DNA of 37,322 nucleotides from a virus (lineage: Duplodnaviria; Caudoviricetes). The stretch spans positions 1 through 37,322 of IMG/VR virus record IMGVR_UViG_3300047279_000044. One strand, given 5' to 3'. Positions 1 through 8,593 of the stretch are shown here, piece after piece (within the stretch, counting starts at the first letter, position 1; each line of letters starts with the position of its first letter). The position numbers and the translations under genes were made by a program. The notes under the pieces were generated by a model. It was not told where the DNA came from. It worked only from the letters and a program-made list of their open reading frames with translations, and did no database searches.

Positions 1-127
1 TCTGGATGTTGCAGGTACTCCTACAGTAGATCCTGAAGCATTCATGACTCCTGATGTTTCATACTTCGAAGCTCCCCCAACTAACACACTATTCCCACCT
101 ATTGAAGCTCCTCCAATAGTTCCTGAG
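1..127. repeat. Terminal overlap, identical to 37196-37322 (circular assembly overlap)
   Basis: tctggatgttgcagg...atagttcctgag occurs at both ends. 127 bp is a common assembler k-mer length, and the reading frame runs through the junction. Confidence 0.95.
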
Positions 128-1273
128 CTACCCTATGTAGCACCTGAGCTTCCTTATGTAGCTCCTGAGTTACCTTATATCGCTCCTGAGCTGCCCTACA
201 TAGCTCCTGAGTCTTTTATGACTCCAGAGCTTCCTTATGTAGCTCCTGAGTTACCTTATGTAGCTCCTCCAACTGATACCTTTTTACCTGCTATTGAAGC
301 TCCTCCGATAGATGTAACGCTACCTCCAATTACAGAAGCTCCAGTTGTCGCTGAAGCTCCGATAGCAACAATACCTGACTATATTGAGCCTGAGTCTTTC
401 ATGACTCCACAAGCTCCTATAGAAGTACCTCAAGCTCCTATTGTCACTGAGGTTCCTGTAGTCACTGAAGCTCCTGTATCAGTAGTAGATAACATCCCTG
501 AGATGATTATTACACCTACTCCTGAACCTGTAGTTACACCTGATGTTGTTGCTGCTAATCCTCCTGCTTTAACTCTTGCAGACCTAGGTATTGATTACTC
601 TTTAAACAATGGTACTCTAATGAAGCCATTGACTGACATGGGTGGCGCTCAAGGTGTACAGCCGGGTACTTCAGCTAACTTACCTGACATGGGTGGTGGA
701 CAAGGATTAACTATTAATGTAGGTGCTCCATCTACAACTCTAGCAGATGCTATAGCTACTCTTGGAGGTGTTAACCCAGCTCCTTTACCTGACATGGGTG
801 GCGCTCAAGGTTTGACATATCAGACGCCTACAGGCTTAGTGACTGAGGGTGGTCTGTTAGCTACAGGTATTGCAGGTACAGCTCCTGCAGTATTAGGCGA
901 GACAGGTATTAATACAGCTACTAATATTGGTTCTAACATTGGTACTGAGTTAGCTAAGATTAACACAGGTATTACTGAGCCTACACCGTTACCTCCAGCT
1001 AGTACTAATCCTTTAAGCAACCTTACACCATCACAAATAGCTAACATCCTTAAAGGTGCTGCAGGTTTGTTTGGTGCTGTCAATGCTTCTAATATGACTG
1101 GCGGTGGAGGTTCTCCAATGAATGTAGGTGCTTTACCTACACAGGGTATTCCTCTGAATAGTCAAGATTATTTCAACGCTATTCAACAGAACTATAACTC
1201 GTTACTACCTGCACTGCCTAGGGATGTTGCTACACCCCTTGCAAACTGGTATAACTCTCAATATGGGGCTTAA
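2..1273 (+). CDS. C-terminal part of an 817-aa Pro-rich virion/ejection-like protein (true start 36015, wraps the junction)
   Basis: ORF 44..1273 is in frame with the open frame starting at ATG 36015. Contains APELPYV, PESFMTP and DMGGAQG repeats and lies in the structural operon. Confidence 0.8.
   Translation: MDVAGTPTVDPEAFMTPDVSYFEAPPTNTLFPPIEAPPIVPELPYVAPELPYVAPELPYIAPELPYIAPESFMTPELPYVAPELPYVAPPTDTFLPAIEAPPIDVTLPPITEAPVVAEAPIATIPDYIEPESFMTPQAPIEVPQAPIVTEVPVVTEAPVSVVDNIPEMIITPTPEPVVTPDVVAANPPALTLADLGIDYSLNNGTLMKPLTDMGGAQGVQPGTSANLPDMGGGQGLTINVGAPSTTLADAIATLGGVNPAPLPDMGGAQGLTYQTPTGLVTEGGLLATGIAGTAPAVLGETGINTATNIGSNIGTELAKINTGITEPTPLPPASTNPLSNLTPSQIANILKGAAGLFGAVNASNMTGGGGSPMNVGALPTQGIPLNSQDYFNAIQQNYNSLLPALPRDVATPLANWYNSQYGA
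122..268 (+). repeat. 21-bp coding tandem repeat (PELPY[VI]A x6, interrupted by one PESFMT unit)
   Basis: cctgagctaccctatgtagca / cctgagcttccttatgtagct / cctgagttaccttatatcgct etc.; units differ mainly at synonymous positions. Confidence 0.9.
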
Positions 1274-1276
1274 CTA

Positions 1277-2248
1277 ATGTCAATTTATCGAGGCCCGGGA
1301 GGTGCTGGTGATGCTACGAATGATGCTAGTAGTCAAGCTTCTTTAGTAGCTCAAAAAGCTGCCGAAGCTACAGCTTCAGCTACTGCGTCTGCATCTTCAG
1401 CGACTGCAGCTGCTAGTTCAGCATCCTCAGCAAGTACCTCAGCCAGTTCTGCAAGTACCTCAGCTACTAATGCAGCTTCAGCTAAGACAGCTGCTGAGTC
1501 AGCCCGTGATGCAACACTGAACTTTGGTAATACTCTTCAGGTTGCAATTAATACGTTAACAGCTGGTGCTTCAGCAACTGTATCCTACAACTCTGCTACA
1601 CCTTTAATTACCTTTGGTATTCCTCGTGGTGATGTAGGTGCTACAGGCAGTACAGGCGCTACAGGTGCAACGGGAGCTACAGGTTCAGCAGGTACTAATG
1701 GAACTAACGGAACCAATGGTACTAACGGTACGAATGGCTCTGATGGCGCTGCAGCTACTATCTCCGTAGGCACTGTATCAACAGGCGCTGCAGGTTCCTC
1801 AGTAAGTATTACCAACGCTGGTACAACAAGCGCAGCAGTCTTTAACTTTGCAATTCCTAAGGGCGATACAGGTGCTACGGGAGCCACTGGAGCTACAGGC
1901 CCTACAGGAGCCACCGGAGCTACAGGTGCAACTGGCGCTGCAGGATCTAACGGTACTAACGGTACTAACGGAACAAATGGAGCTGCAGCGACCATTGCTG
2001 TAGGAACAACTACTACAGGGGCTGCTGGGACTTCAGCATCAGTTACTAATTCAGGAACTTCTAGTGCTGCAACCTTTAACTTCACTATTCCGCAAGGTGC
2101 TACAGGAGCTACAGGAGCCACTGGAGCAACCGGAGCAGCTGGCGCTGGGGTAGCTGCTGGAGGAACTTCAGGACAGTTCTTACTTAAGAATTCAAGCACC
2201 GATTACGATACATCATGGACAAGCACAATTAACGGAGGCACATTTTAA
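1277..2248 (+). CDS. Collagen-like tail fibre protein
   Basis: Ala/Ser-rich coiled N-terminus, Gly-X-Y runs (GAT, GTN), duplicated AATIxVGT..TGAAG..FNFxIPxG module, C-terminal INGGTF. Confidence 0.8.
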   Translation: MSIYRGPGGAGDATNDASSQASLVAQKAAEATASATASASSATAAASSASSASTSASSASTSATNAASAKTAAESARDATLNFGNTLQVAINTLTAGASATVSYNSATPLITFGIPRGDVGATGSTGATGATGATGSAGTNGTNGTNGTNGTNGSDGAAATISVGTVSTGAAGSSVSITNAGTTSAAVFNFAIPKGDTGATGATGATGPTGATGATGATGAAGSNGTNGTNGTNGAAATIAVGTTTTGAAGTSASVTNSGTSSAATFNFTIPQGATGATGATGATGAAGAGVAAGGTSGQFLLKNSSTDYDTSWTSTINGGTF

Positions 2249-3880
2249 ATGGCTACACTTATTACAAAAAATAGCAGTACAGCAACGTCTGTACCTTCAG
2301 CTGGATCACTGGTACAAGGTGAGTTAGCTGTTAACGTTACAGATAAGAAACTGTACTCTAAGGACTCGGGAGGCGCTGTAGTTAAGCTTGTGGGTGGCTT
2401 GGGTAATCAGGAAGCTAACGCTGCAGCTATCACTGGAGGTTCTATCAATGGAACTACAGTGGGAGCTTCTACAGCCTCTACTGGTGCTTTCACTACTTTG
2501 TCAGCATCCTCTACAGTATCAGGCACAGGCTTCTCTACTTACCTAGCAAGCCCTCCTGCTATTGGTGGTACTGCGGCTGCGGCTGGTGCATTTACTACTT
2601 TAGCGGCTTCAGGTGCTGTAACCCTCTCTGGAGGCACTGCTAACGGAGTAGCCTATTTAAACGGCTCTAAGGTTGTTACAAGCGGTTCTGCGCTTACTTA
2701 TAACGGAACAAATCTCAGCGTAGATGCGGCTGGAGCAGGGCCAGCTTATTTAGAAGTAAGTCAACGTAGCCGTTTTGGATATGACGGAACTAATGTATTT
2801 ATCTCTGATGCTGGTACTGGAAAAGATATTGTCTTTACACGCATCTCAGAACAAATGCGCCTAACCAGCACAGGTCTGGGTATTGGTACAAGTTCGTTTT
2901 CAAACGCAAAACTTGTTGTAAGCGGAACAAGCGCAGGAACTGTTGGCGCAATCATGTCTGTTGATACAGCAAGCACAACATCGTTCTTACGAATGGTTGC
3001 TGATTTAGGCTCTCAAAACCTTATCAACTGGCAAGACGGTACAGCACTTCGGTTTGCAACATCTACGCAAGCCTATGGCACGTTCAATGAGCGTATGCGC
3101 CTCGACTCCTCAGGCAATCTAGGCTTGGGAGTTACTCCTAGTGCTTGGAGTTATCGTTCTTTATCAGTTGGAACTGCGGGAACGAGTATTTGGCAAACAG
3201 GTTCTGATTTTGGATTAAGTTCAAACGCTTATAACAATGGTGGTTGGAAATACAATACTACAGGTGGCGCTTCTTTATACGATTTAGCGGGAAATCAACA
3301 TATTTGGTACAACGCTCCCTCTGGCACAGCAGGGTCTACCATTACCTTTACTCAGGCGGCTACATTGACTGCGGGTGGTAATTATTTGGTTGGCGATACA
3401 AGCGATTATTTGGCTTCTCGTATTTATGCCAAAACAACTACTACAGACAATTCAACCAATGCCTTGTCATTAAGAAACTCAGCCTCCACAGAATTGTTTA
3501 GGGTTCGTAGTGATGGATACATATACGCAGGCTTCTATCCTCAAACAACCGCTAGTGCCGCTAACGTAACAATTGCTTCAGGTGGCGATTTGTTGCGTTC
3601 TACATCAGCTTTAAAATACAAGCAAGACATTCGTGACATTGAAGAAATGGACATCGATTTGTTACGCCCTGTTCGTTATAAATCAAAGTGTGCAAATGAT
3701 GACCAAACCAAAGACCATTTGGGCTTAATTGCTGATGAAGCGGCAGAAGCAGGTTTTGAAGAACTTGTTATTCGTGGTGCTGATGGTGAAGTTGAAGGTT
3801 TTCAATACGAGCGTTTAACTGTTGTATTGCTTAAAACTGTGCAGTCATTGCGTCAGCGTGTTGCCGCATTGGAGGCTTAA
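2249..3880 (+). CDS. Tail fibre / receptor-binding protein with C-terminal S74-type intramolecular chaperone
   Basis: N-terminal GELAVNVTDKKLY fibre motif, RMRL..SGxLGxG fibre repeats, autocleavage-like TSALKYKQDIRDI followed by LRPVRY..GLIADE and a coiled-coil end. Confidence 0.85.
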   Translation: MATLITKNSSTATSVPSAGSLVQGELAVNVTDKKLYSKDSGGAVVKLVGGLGNQEANAAAITGGSINGTTVGASTASTGAFTTLSASSTVSGTGFSTYLASPPAIGGTAAAAGAFTTLAASGAVTLSGGTANGVAYLNGSKVVTSGSALTYNGTNLSVDAAGAGPAYLEVSQRSRFGYDGTNVFISDAGTGKDIVFTRISEQMRLTSTGLGIGTSSFSNAKLVVSGTSAGTVGAIMSVDTASTTSFLRMVADLGSQNLINWQDGTALRFATSTQAYGTFNERMRLDSSGNLGLGVTPSAWSYRSLSVGTAGTSIWQTGSDFGLSSNAYNNGGWKYNTTGGASLYDLAGNQHIWYNAPSGTAGSTITFTQAATLTAGGNYLVGDTSDYLASRIYAKTTTTDNSTNALSLRNSASTELFRVRSDGYIYAGFYPQTTASAANVTIASGGDLLRSTSALKYKQDIRDIEEMDIDLLRPVRYKSKCANDDQTKDHLGLIADEAAEAGFEELVIRGADGEVEGFQYERLTVVLLKTVQSLRQRVAALEA

Positions 3881-4365
3881 TGAATCAAGCATTAGTCGCA
3901 GAATACTTTGACCACAAGGATGGTCATTTGTACTGGAAGAAAGTCACGCACCCAAACAAGCAATATCTTGTTGGTCAGGAAGTAGGCTCAATCCATCCTA
4001 CAGGCTATCGTCATGTCACATGGATGGGTAAGCCACACAAGGTTCACAGATTGATTTTCTTGCTTGAGCATGGTTACTTGCCAAAAGAAATTGACCATAT
4101 CAATGGTGACAGACAAGACAACCAACTTGAAAACTTGCGTGAAGCCACTAGAAGCGAAAACCAATATAACAAGGGTATGTGCAAGAACAACACATCAGGC
4201 TTTCGTGGAGTAAGTTGGCACAATCATAGTAAAGCATGGCTTGTCAGGTTATGCGTCAATGGTAAATCCAAGATTATTGGTTACTTCAAAGACTTGGAAT
4301 TAGCAGGGCTTGTCGCTGATGAAGCACGAGCATTACATCACGGCAAATTTGCCAAACAGTTTTAA
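3880..4365 (+). CDS. Free-standing HNH homing endonuclease with C-terminal AP2-like DNA-binding domain
   Basis: VHRLIF..IDHINGDRQDNQLENLREAT..N (HNH motif), then NTSGFRGVSW..W...IGYF..A..AR (AP2-like). Confidence 0.9.
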   Translation: MNQALVAEYFDHKDGHLYWKKVTHPNKQYLVGQEVGSIHPTGYRHVTWMGKPHKVHRLIFLLEHGYLPKEIDHINGDRQDNQLENLREATRSENQYNKGMCKNNTSGFRGVSWHNHSKAWLVRLCVNGKSKIIGYFKDLELAGLVADEARALHHGKFAKQF

Positions 4366-4376
4366 AGGAAACTAAA

Positions 4377-4670
4377 ATGACTACTACTTGGAAAATCTCA
4401 ACCCTTGATCGTGACGTAGCAACAGGCTTTGTCACTACCGCCCATTGGCAAGTTACAGCAGTAGACGGAGAACACTCTGCCTCTGCCTACGCTACTTGCT
4501 CATGGGCTGATGGAACTCCTGCCATCGCCTACACAAACCTCACAGAAGCTACTGTTCTAGGTTGGGTGTGGGAATCAGTAGATAAGACAGCTACAGAGGC
4601 TTCTTTGGCGGCTCAGATTGCTTTGCTGAAGAATCCTGTTAAGGCTACTGGTACTCCTTGGAGTGTTTAA
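4377..4670 (+). CDS. Tail fibre-associated small protein
   Basis: RBS aaagga; W-rich pattern (TTWKI..AHW..Y..LTE..VLGWV..GTPW) of the kind found downstream of phage fibre genes. Function inferred from position. Confidence 0.55.
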   Translation: MTTTWKISTLDRDVATGFVTTAHWQVTAVDGEHSASAYATCSWADGTPAIAYTNLTEATVLGWVWESVDKTATEASLAAQIALLKNPVKATGTPWSV

Positions 4671-4677
4671 GTAGGCT

Positions 4678-4911
4678 ATGGACAATAAAGAAGTTACTCA
4701 TGAGCATATCTATGAGCGTCTGTTAGCTGTTGAAGCTAAGGTAGACAACATAGAGAAGAATACAGAGGATGTAATCAAAGCTTTCAATGCTGCCTCAGGT
4801 GCTTTTATGGTACTTGAGTGGATCGCTAAAGCTGTTAAACCTATCATCGTTATAGGTGCTTTCTTCGGAGCTATTTGGTTAGCTATTGATAATAAACTAC
4901 ACGGGAGTTAA
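4678..4911 (+). CDS. Small membrane protein (coiled coil + C-terminal TM), possible holin/antiholin-like
   Basis: IYERLLAVEAKVDNIE coiled coil followed by hydrophobic IIVIGAFFGAIWLAI. Confidence 0.5.
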   Translation: MDNKEVTHEHIYERLLAVEAKVDNIEKNTEDVIKAFNAASGAFMVLEWIAKAVKPIIVIGAFFGAIWLAIDNKLHGS

Positions 4912-4917
4912 AAGTAT

Positions 4918-5109
4918 ATGAATGGTATGCCAACAAGAGGACAGCGTACAGCTAAGAACAAGACAACTAAGGTTATGAGGGAGTACAAAGAAGGTACTCT
5001 ACATAGCGGTAAGGGTGGCCCTGTAGTGAAGTCTCGTAAACAAGCTATTGCAATTGCTTTGAGTGAAGCTAATATGGCTAAGAGCAAGAAGCCTTCTAAG
5101 AATAAGTAA
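4918..5109 (+). CDS. Small basic protein (DUF6496-like)
   Basis: KVMREYKEGTLHSG..GPVVKSRKQAIAIALSEA motif; very Lys/Arg-rich. Confidence 0.7.
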   Translation: MNGMPTRGQRTAKNKTTKVMREYKEGTLHSGKGGPVVKSRKQAIAIALSEANMAKSKKPSKNK

Positions 5110-5120
5110 AGGACATACAA

Positions 5121-5771
5121 ATGGCTACGTATTTAGACGTTGTGAACAATGTGCTCAGACGCTTGCGTGAGCCTGTTGTATCCTCTGTAACAGATACAGA
5201 CTACTCAGCCATGCTGGGAGTATTTGTTAATGATGCTAAGCGTGAGGTAGAGGATGCCTATGATTGGAATGCTCTATCTGACACTCTAACAGCTACCACT
5301 ACAGCTAACGTATTCAACTATGTTCTAGTAGGATCTCGTACACGTTTCCGTACTATTGATGTCTTTAATGAGACTAAAGAGTTGGAGATGTCCTACAGAA
5401 GTACAGCATGGATGAATAGACAATTCATTATTGTAGATCAGCAGAAGGGTGAACCTACATACTACAACTTCAATGGTGTAGACAGTAACGGTGATACTCA
5501 AGTGGATGTATATCCAGTACCTGACGGTGTATATGATCTAAGGTTTAACTTGACTATCCCTCAGGCTGATCTGGTTAACGACAATGATCGTATCTTAGTT
5601 CCTTCACATATTGTAGCTATGTTAGCCCACTCTAAAGCTATTGCTGAGCGTGGTGAGGACTCAGGAGTCTTGTCTTCAGAGGCTTATCAGATGTACAGAT
5701 TAGCTCTTGCTGATGCTGTAGCTATTGAGCGTAATCACTACGATGAAGAGATGACTTGGGATGCTGTTTAA
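5121..5771 (+). CDS. Head-tail adaptor / tail tubular protein A-like
   Basis: MATYLDVVNNVLRRLRE start, ..YDWNAL, YPVPDGVY motif; 216 aa, directly before the nozzle-sized gene. Confidence 0.7.
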   Translation: MATYLDVVNNVLRRLREPVVSSVTDTDYSAMLGVFVNDAKREVEDAYDWNALSDTLTATTTANVFNYVLVGSRTRFRTIDVFNETKELEMSYRSTAWMNRQFIIVDQQKGEPTYYNFNGVDSNGDTQVDVYPVPDGVYDLRFNLTIPQADLVNDNDRILVPSHIVAMLAHSKAIAERGEDSGVLSSEAYQMYRLALADAVAIERNHYDEEMTWDAV

Positions 5772-7313
5772 ATGTCAGAGCAATTACTAACAACAACTAT
5801 TCAAGCTCCCGGCTTCATGGGTTTGAACCTTCAGGACTCTTCAGTGAGTCTTGAGAATGGTTACGCCACTGTAGCTACTAACTGTGTAATTGATAAGTTT
5901 GGACGTATTGGTGCTCGTAAGGGATGGAGTCCTGCACACTCTCTTCTAGCAGCTTTAACAGGATTTAATGTTAAGGCTATTGGTGAGTTGATTGATAACA
6001 GTGGTAACTCCTACATTGTAGCTGCTGGACATAGTAAGTTATTTAAACTGTCAGGATCTACCCTTACAGAGTTAACCTACGGAGGTGGTGGCACAGCCCC
6101 TACCATTACAAACGATAACTGGCAGCTGGCTCCGTTGAATGGATGCTTATACATCTACCAAGCTGGGCATGACCCTTTAGTGTTCGATCCTGCAGTCAGT
6201 ACAACTACTTATAGACGTATCTCTGAGAAGTCAGGTTACTTAGGTACTGTTAAAAGTAACAATTGTGTAATCAGTGCCTACGGTCGTACATGGAGTGCTA
6301 ATAATAGTACAGACAAGAGTACTGTACAGTTCTCAGACTTACTATCTGGACATATCTTGAATACAGGTACTGCAGGTACTCTGGATGTATCTCAAGTGTG
6401 GCCTGCAGGTTCTGATGAGATTATTGCCTTAGCTGCACATAATAACTTCTTGATTATCTTTGGTCGTAGACAAGTATTAGTATATGCCAATGCTACAGAT
6501 CCTAATAACTTAACACTTTCTGATACAATTACAGGTATTGGCTGCTTTGCTAGGGACTCCGTAGCTAAGACAGGTAGCGATATTGTCTTCCTGTCAGATA
6601 CTGGTGTTAGATCCTTGATGAGAACTATTCAAGAGAAGTCAGCTCCTATGAGAGAGATTAGCTTGAATGTTAAGGATGCTTTAATAGATGATTTAATTGT
6701 TGAGACAGCAGCTGATATTAGATCGGTATATTCAGACAAGGATGCCTTCTATTTATTGTCTCTACCTGCAACTAATACTGTCTATTGTTTTGATATGCGA
6801 GGACAGTTACCTAACGGTGCAGCTAAGACTACAACGTGGGATAATATCACTCCTACAGCTTTCTTTTACACCCGTAATAAGGATTTATTGCTAGGACAAG
6901 AAAGTTATATCGGTAAATATCAGAATTCACTTGACAACACTAGCACTTATAAGTTAAAATACTATACTAATTACTTTGACTTTGGTTCCCCTACATCATT
7001 GAAGATCCTTAAGAAGATTAACATGACCTTTGTAGGTGGTAATGGAGCTGATGTAATTGTTAAGTACGGGTTTGATTTCAGCCCTAGTTATGTATCAAGA
7101 GTAGTTGAACTTGGTAATATCTCAATAGCTGAATACGGTGTATCTGAGTATAACATTGGACAATATACAGCTGGTGTTGTCTACGATAATCAGAAGATTA
7201 ACGCAAGTGGTTCAGGCAACGTAGTACAGCTTGGACTTGAGACAGATATTAATAACTTTGAAATATCATTACAGAAACTAGATTGCTATGTTAAAGCAGG
7301 AAGGACACGATAA
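5772..7313 (+). CDS. Tail nozzle / tubular protein B (P22 gp10-like beta-propeller)
   Basis: 513 aa, beta-rich; ITGIGCFARDSV..GSDIVFLSDTGVRSL motif; position after the adaptor. Confidence 0.7.
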   Translation: MSEQLLTTTIQAPGFMGLNLQDSSVSLENGYATVATNCVIDKFGRIGARKGWSPAHSLLAALTGFNVKAIGELIDNSGNSYIVAAGHSKLFKLSGSTLTELTYGGGGTAPTITNDNWQLAPLNGCLYIYQAGHDPLVFDPAVSTTTYRRISEKSGYLGTVKSNNCVISAYGRTWSANNSTDKSTVQFSDLLSGHILNTGTAGTLDVSQVWPAGSDEIIALAAHNNFLIIFGRRQVLVYANATDPNNLTLSDTITGIGCFARDSVAKTGSDIVFLSDTGVRSLMRTIQEKSAPMREISLNVKDALIDDLIVETAADIRSVYSDKDAFYLLSLPATNTVYCFDMRGQLPNGAAKTTTWDNITPTAFFYTRNKDLLLGQESYIGKYQNSLDNTSTYKLKYYTNYFDFGSPTSLKILKKINMTFVGGNGADVIVKYGFDFSPSYVSRVVELGNISIAEYGVSEYNIGQYTAGVVYDNQKINASGSGNVVQLGLETDINNFEISLQKLDCYVKAGRTR

Positions 7314-7543
7314 TGTCTAATTATACCAAGGCTACTGACTTTGCAGTGAAGGACTCCCTCGCATCTGGGAACCCTTCAAAGCTTGTTAAAGGCACTGAAA
7401 TTGATACTGAGTTTAGTGCTATTCAATCAGCAGTTAACTCTAAAGCTGATAAAGCTAATCCTTCTTTCACGGGGACTCTGACAGCAGTGGACATCACTAT
7501 GTCAGGATCATTTACAGGAACACTTGACGGAGGCACATACTAA
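7313..7543 (+). CDS. Short tail fibre-anchor-like structural protein
   Basis: MSNYTKATDF..GTEIDTEFSAIQSAVNSKAD..PSFTG resembles fibre N-termini; ends LDGGTY. Confidence 0.55.
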   Translation: MSNYTKATDFAVKDSLASGNPSKLVKGTEIDTEFSAIQSAVNSKADKANPSFTGTLTAVDITMSGSFTGTLDGGTY

Positions 7544-8584
7544 ATGGCTTTTGATTGGACAGATTTAATTGGCCCTTTGCTGGGCACTGCAGGTAGCGTA
7601 TACGCCTCTAATCAGGCTGCTAATGCTACCACTAACGCAGCTAATCAAGCTGCACAAGCTGCACAGTTCAGACCTGTAGGAATCACTACAAGGTTTGGTA
7701 AGTCAGGCTTCCAGTATGATCCTGCATCAGGTCAACTCACAGGTGCTGGCTATCAAGTAGCTCCTGATGTTGCAGCTATGCGTGAAGGTTTGATGGGCTT
7801 GGCAGGTACTGGCTTAAGTCAAGCTCAACAGGCTCAAGCTCAACAGGCAGGCATCACTCAAGCTGGTCAAGGTTTATTTAATCTAGGTCAACAGTATGTA
7901 GCTCAGACACCTCAAGGTGCAGCTCAGCAGTTCCTGTCACAGCAACAACAGCTATTGGCTCCCGGTCGTGAACAGCAACTGGCTCAACTGACTAACCAAC
8001 AGCAACAGCAAGGTCGTTTAGGTTTAGCTACAGGTGCTACTTCAGCTGGCTACATGGGTGGCGCTCAAGGCTTACAAGCTGCTAATCCTCAGATGGCTGC
8101 TTACTACAATGCTATGGCTCAGCAGGATGCTCAGTTGGCAGGACAGGCTCAACAGGCTGGACAACAGCAGGTACAGTTCGGTCAAGGCTTGATGACAGGT
8201 GGTTTAGGTCTGCAGAATGCTGGTTATGGACTTCAAAGTTCAGCTTTGGCTCCTTATACTAATTATGTTGCAGGTGCTACAGGCTTAGAGAACCAAGGCT
8301 TGAATGCTTTGACTCAAGGACTTGGACTGGGTTCATCAGTTACAGCAGCGTCAACAGCTGCAGCTAACATTCAGAATCAAGCAGCTCAGCAAGCAGCTCA
8401 ACTACAACTAGCGCGTAACAACGCTATTGTAGGTGGTTTATCAGATCCTATTAGTCAGTTGATTGGTAGTCTTACAGGTTCTACAGCTGCTAGATCAGCT
8501 AATGCTAACACAGCAATCAATCCGTACTTTAATTCAATTGGATATAGTCCAGATAGAACTGGTTACACAGTTGGCCCAGCTTAA
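7544..8584 (+). CDS. Internal virion / DNA ejection protein 1 (Gln/Ala/Gly-rich)
   Basis: Hydrophobic Gly-rich N-terminus, QA-rich helices; first of three large helical genes after the nozzle, as in podoviruses. Confidence 0.6.
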   Translation: MAFDWTDLIGPLLGTAGSVYASNQAANATTNAANQAAQAAQFRPVGITTRFGKSGFQYDPASGQLTGAGYQVAPDVAAMREGLMGLAGTGLSQAQQAQAQQAGITQAGQGLFNLGQQYVAQTPQGAAQQFLSQQQQLLAPGREQQLAQLTNQQQQQGRLGLATGATSAGYMGGAQGLQAANPQMAAYYNAMAQQDAQLAGQAQQAGQQQVQFGQGLMTGGLGLQNAGYGLQSSALAPYTNYVAGATGLENQGLNALTQGLGLGSSVTAASTAAANIQNQAAQQAAQLQLARNNAIVGGLSDPISQLIGSLTGSTAARSANANTAINPYFNSIGYSPDRTGYTVGPA

Positions 8585-8593
8585 GGAGACATA

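Noticed and set aside
1-127. 127-bp direct repeat at the window ends as the biological terminal repeat
   Set aside because: It lies mid-gene and its length matches a typical assembler k-mer, so it is best explained as circular assembly overlap.
1585-2199. 204-aa antisense ORF with PVA repeats, and other antisense or nested ORFs such as 820-1083, 14226-14612, 19009-19338, 26227-26550, 31251-31580, 36305-36791
   Set aside because: They are shadows of biased or repetitive codons in well-supported genes, have no recognisable motifs, and mostly oppose the arm's transcription direction.
2249-3880. Diversity-generating retroelement or invertible fibre switch
   Set aside because: No reverse transcriptase, no TR/VR pair differing at adenines, and no invertase or inverted fibre copy seen.
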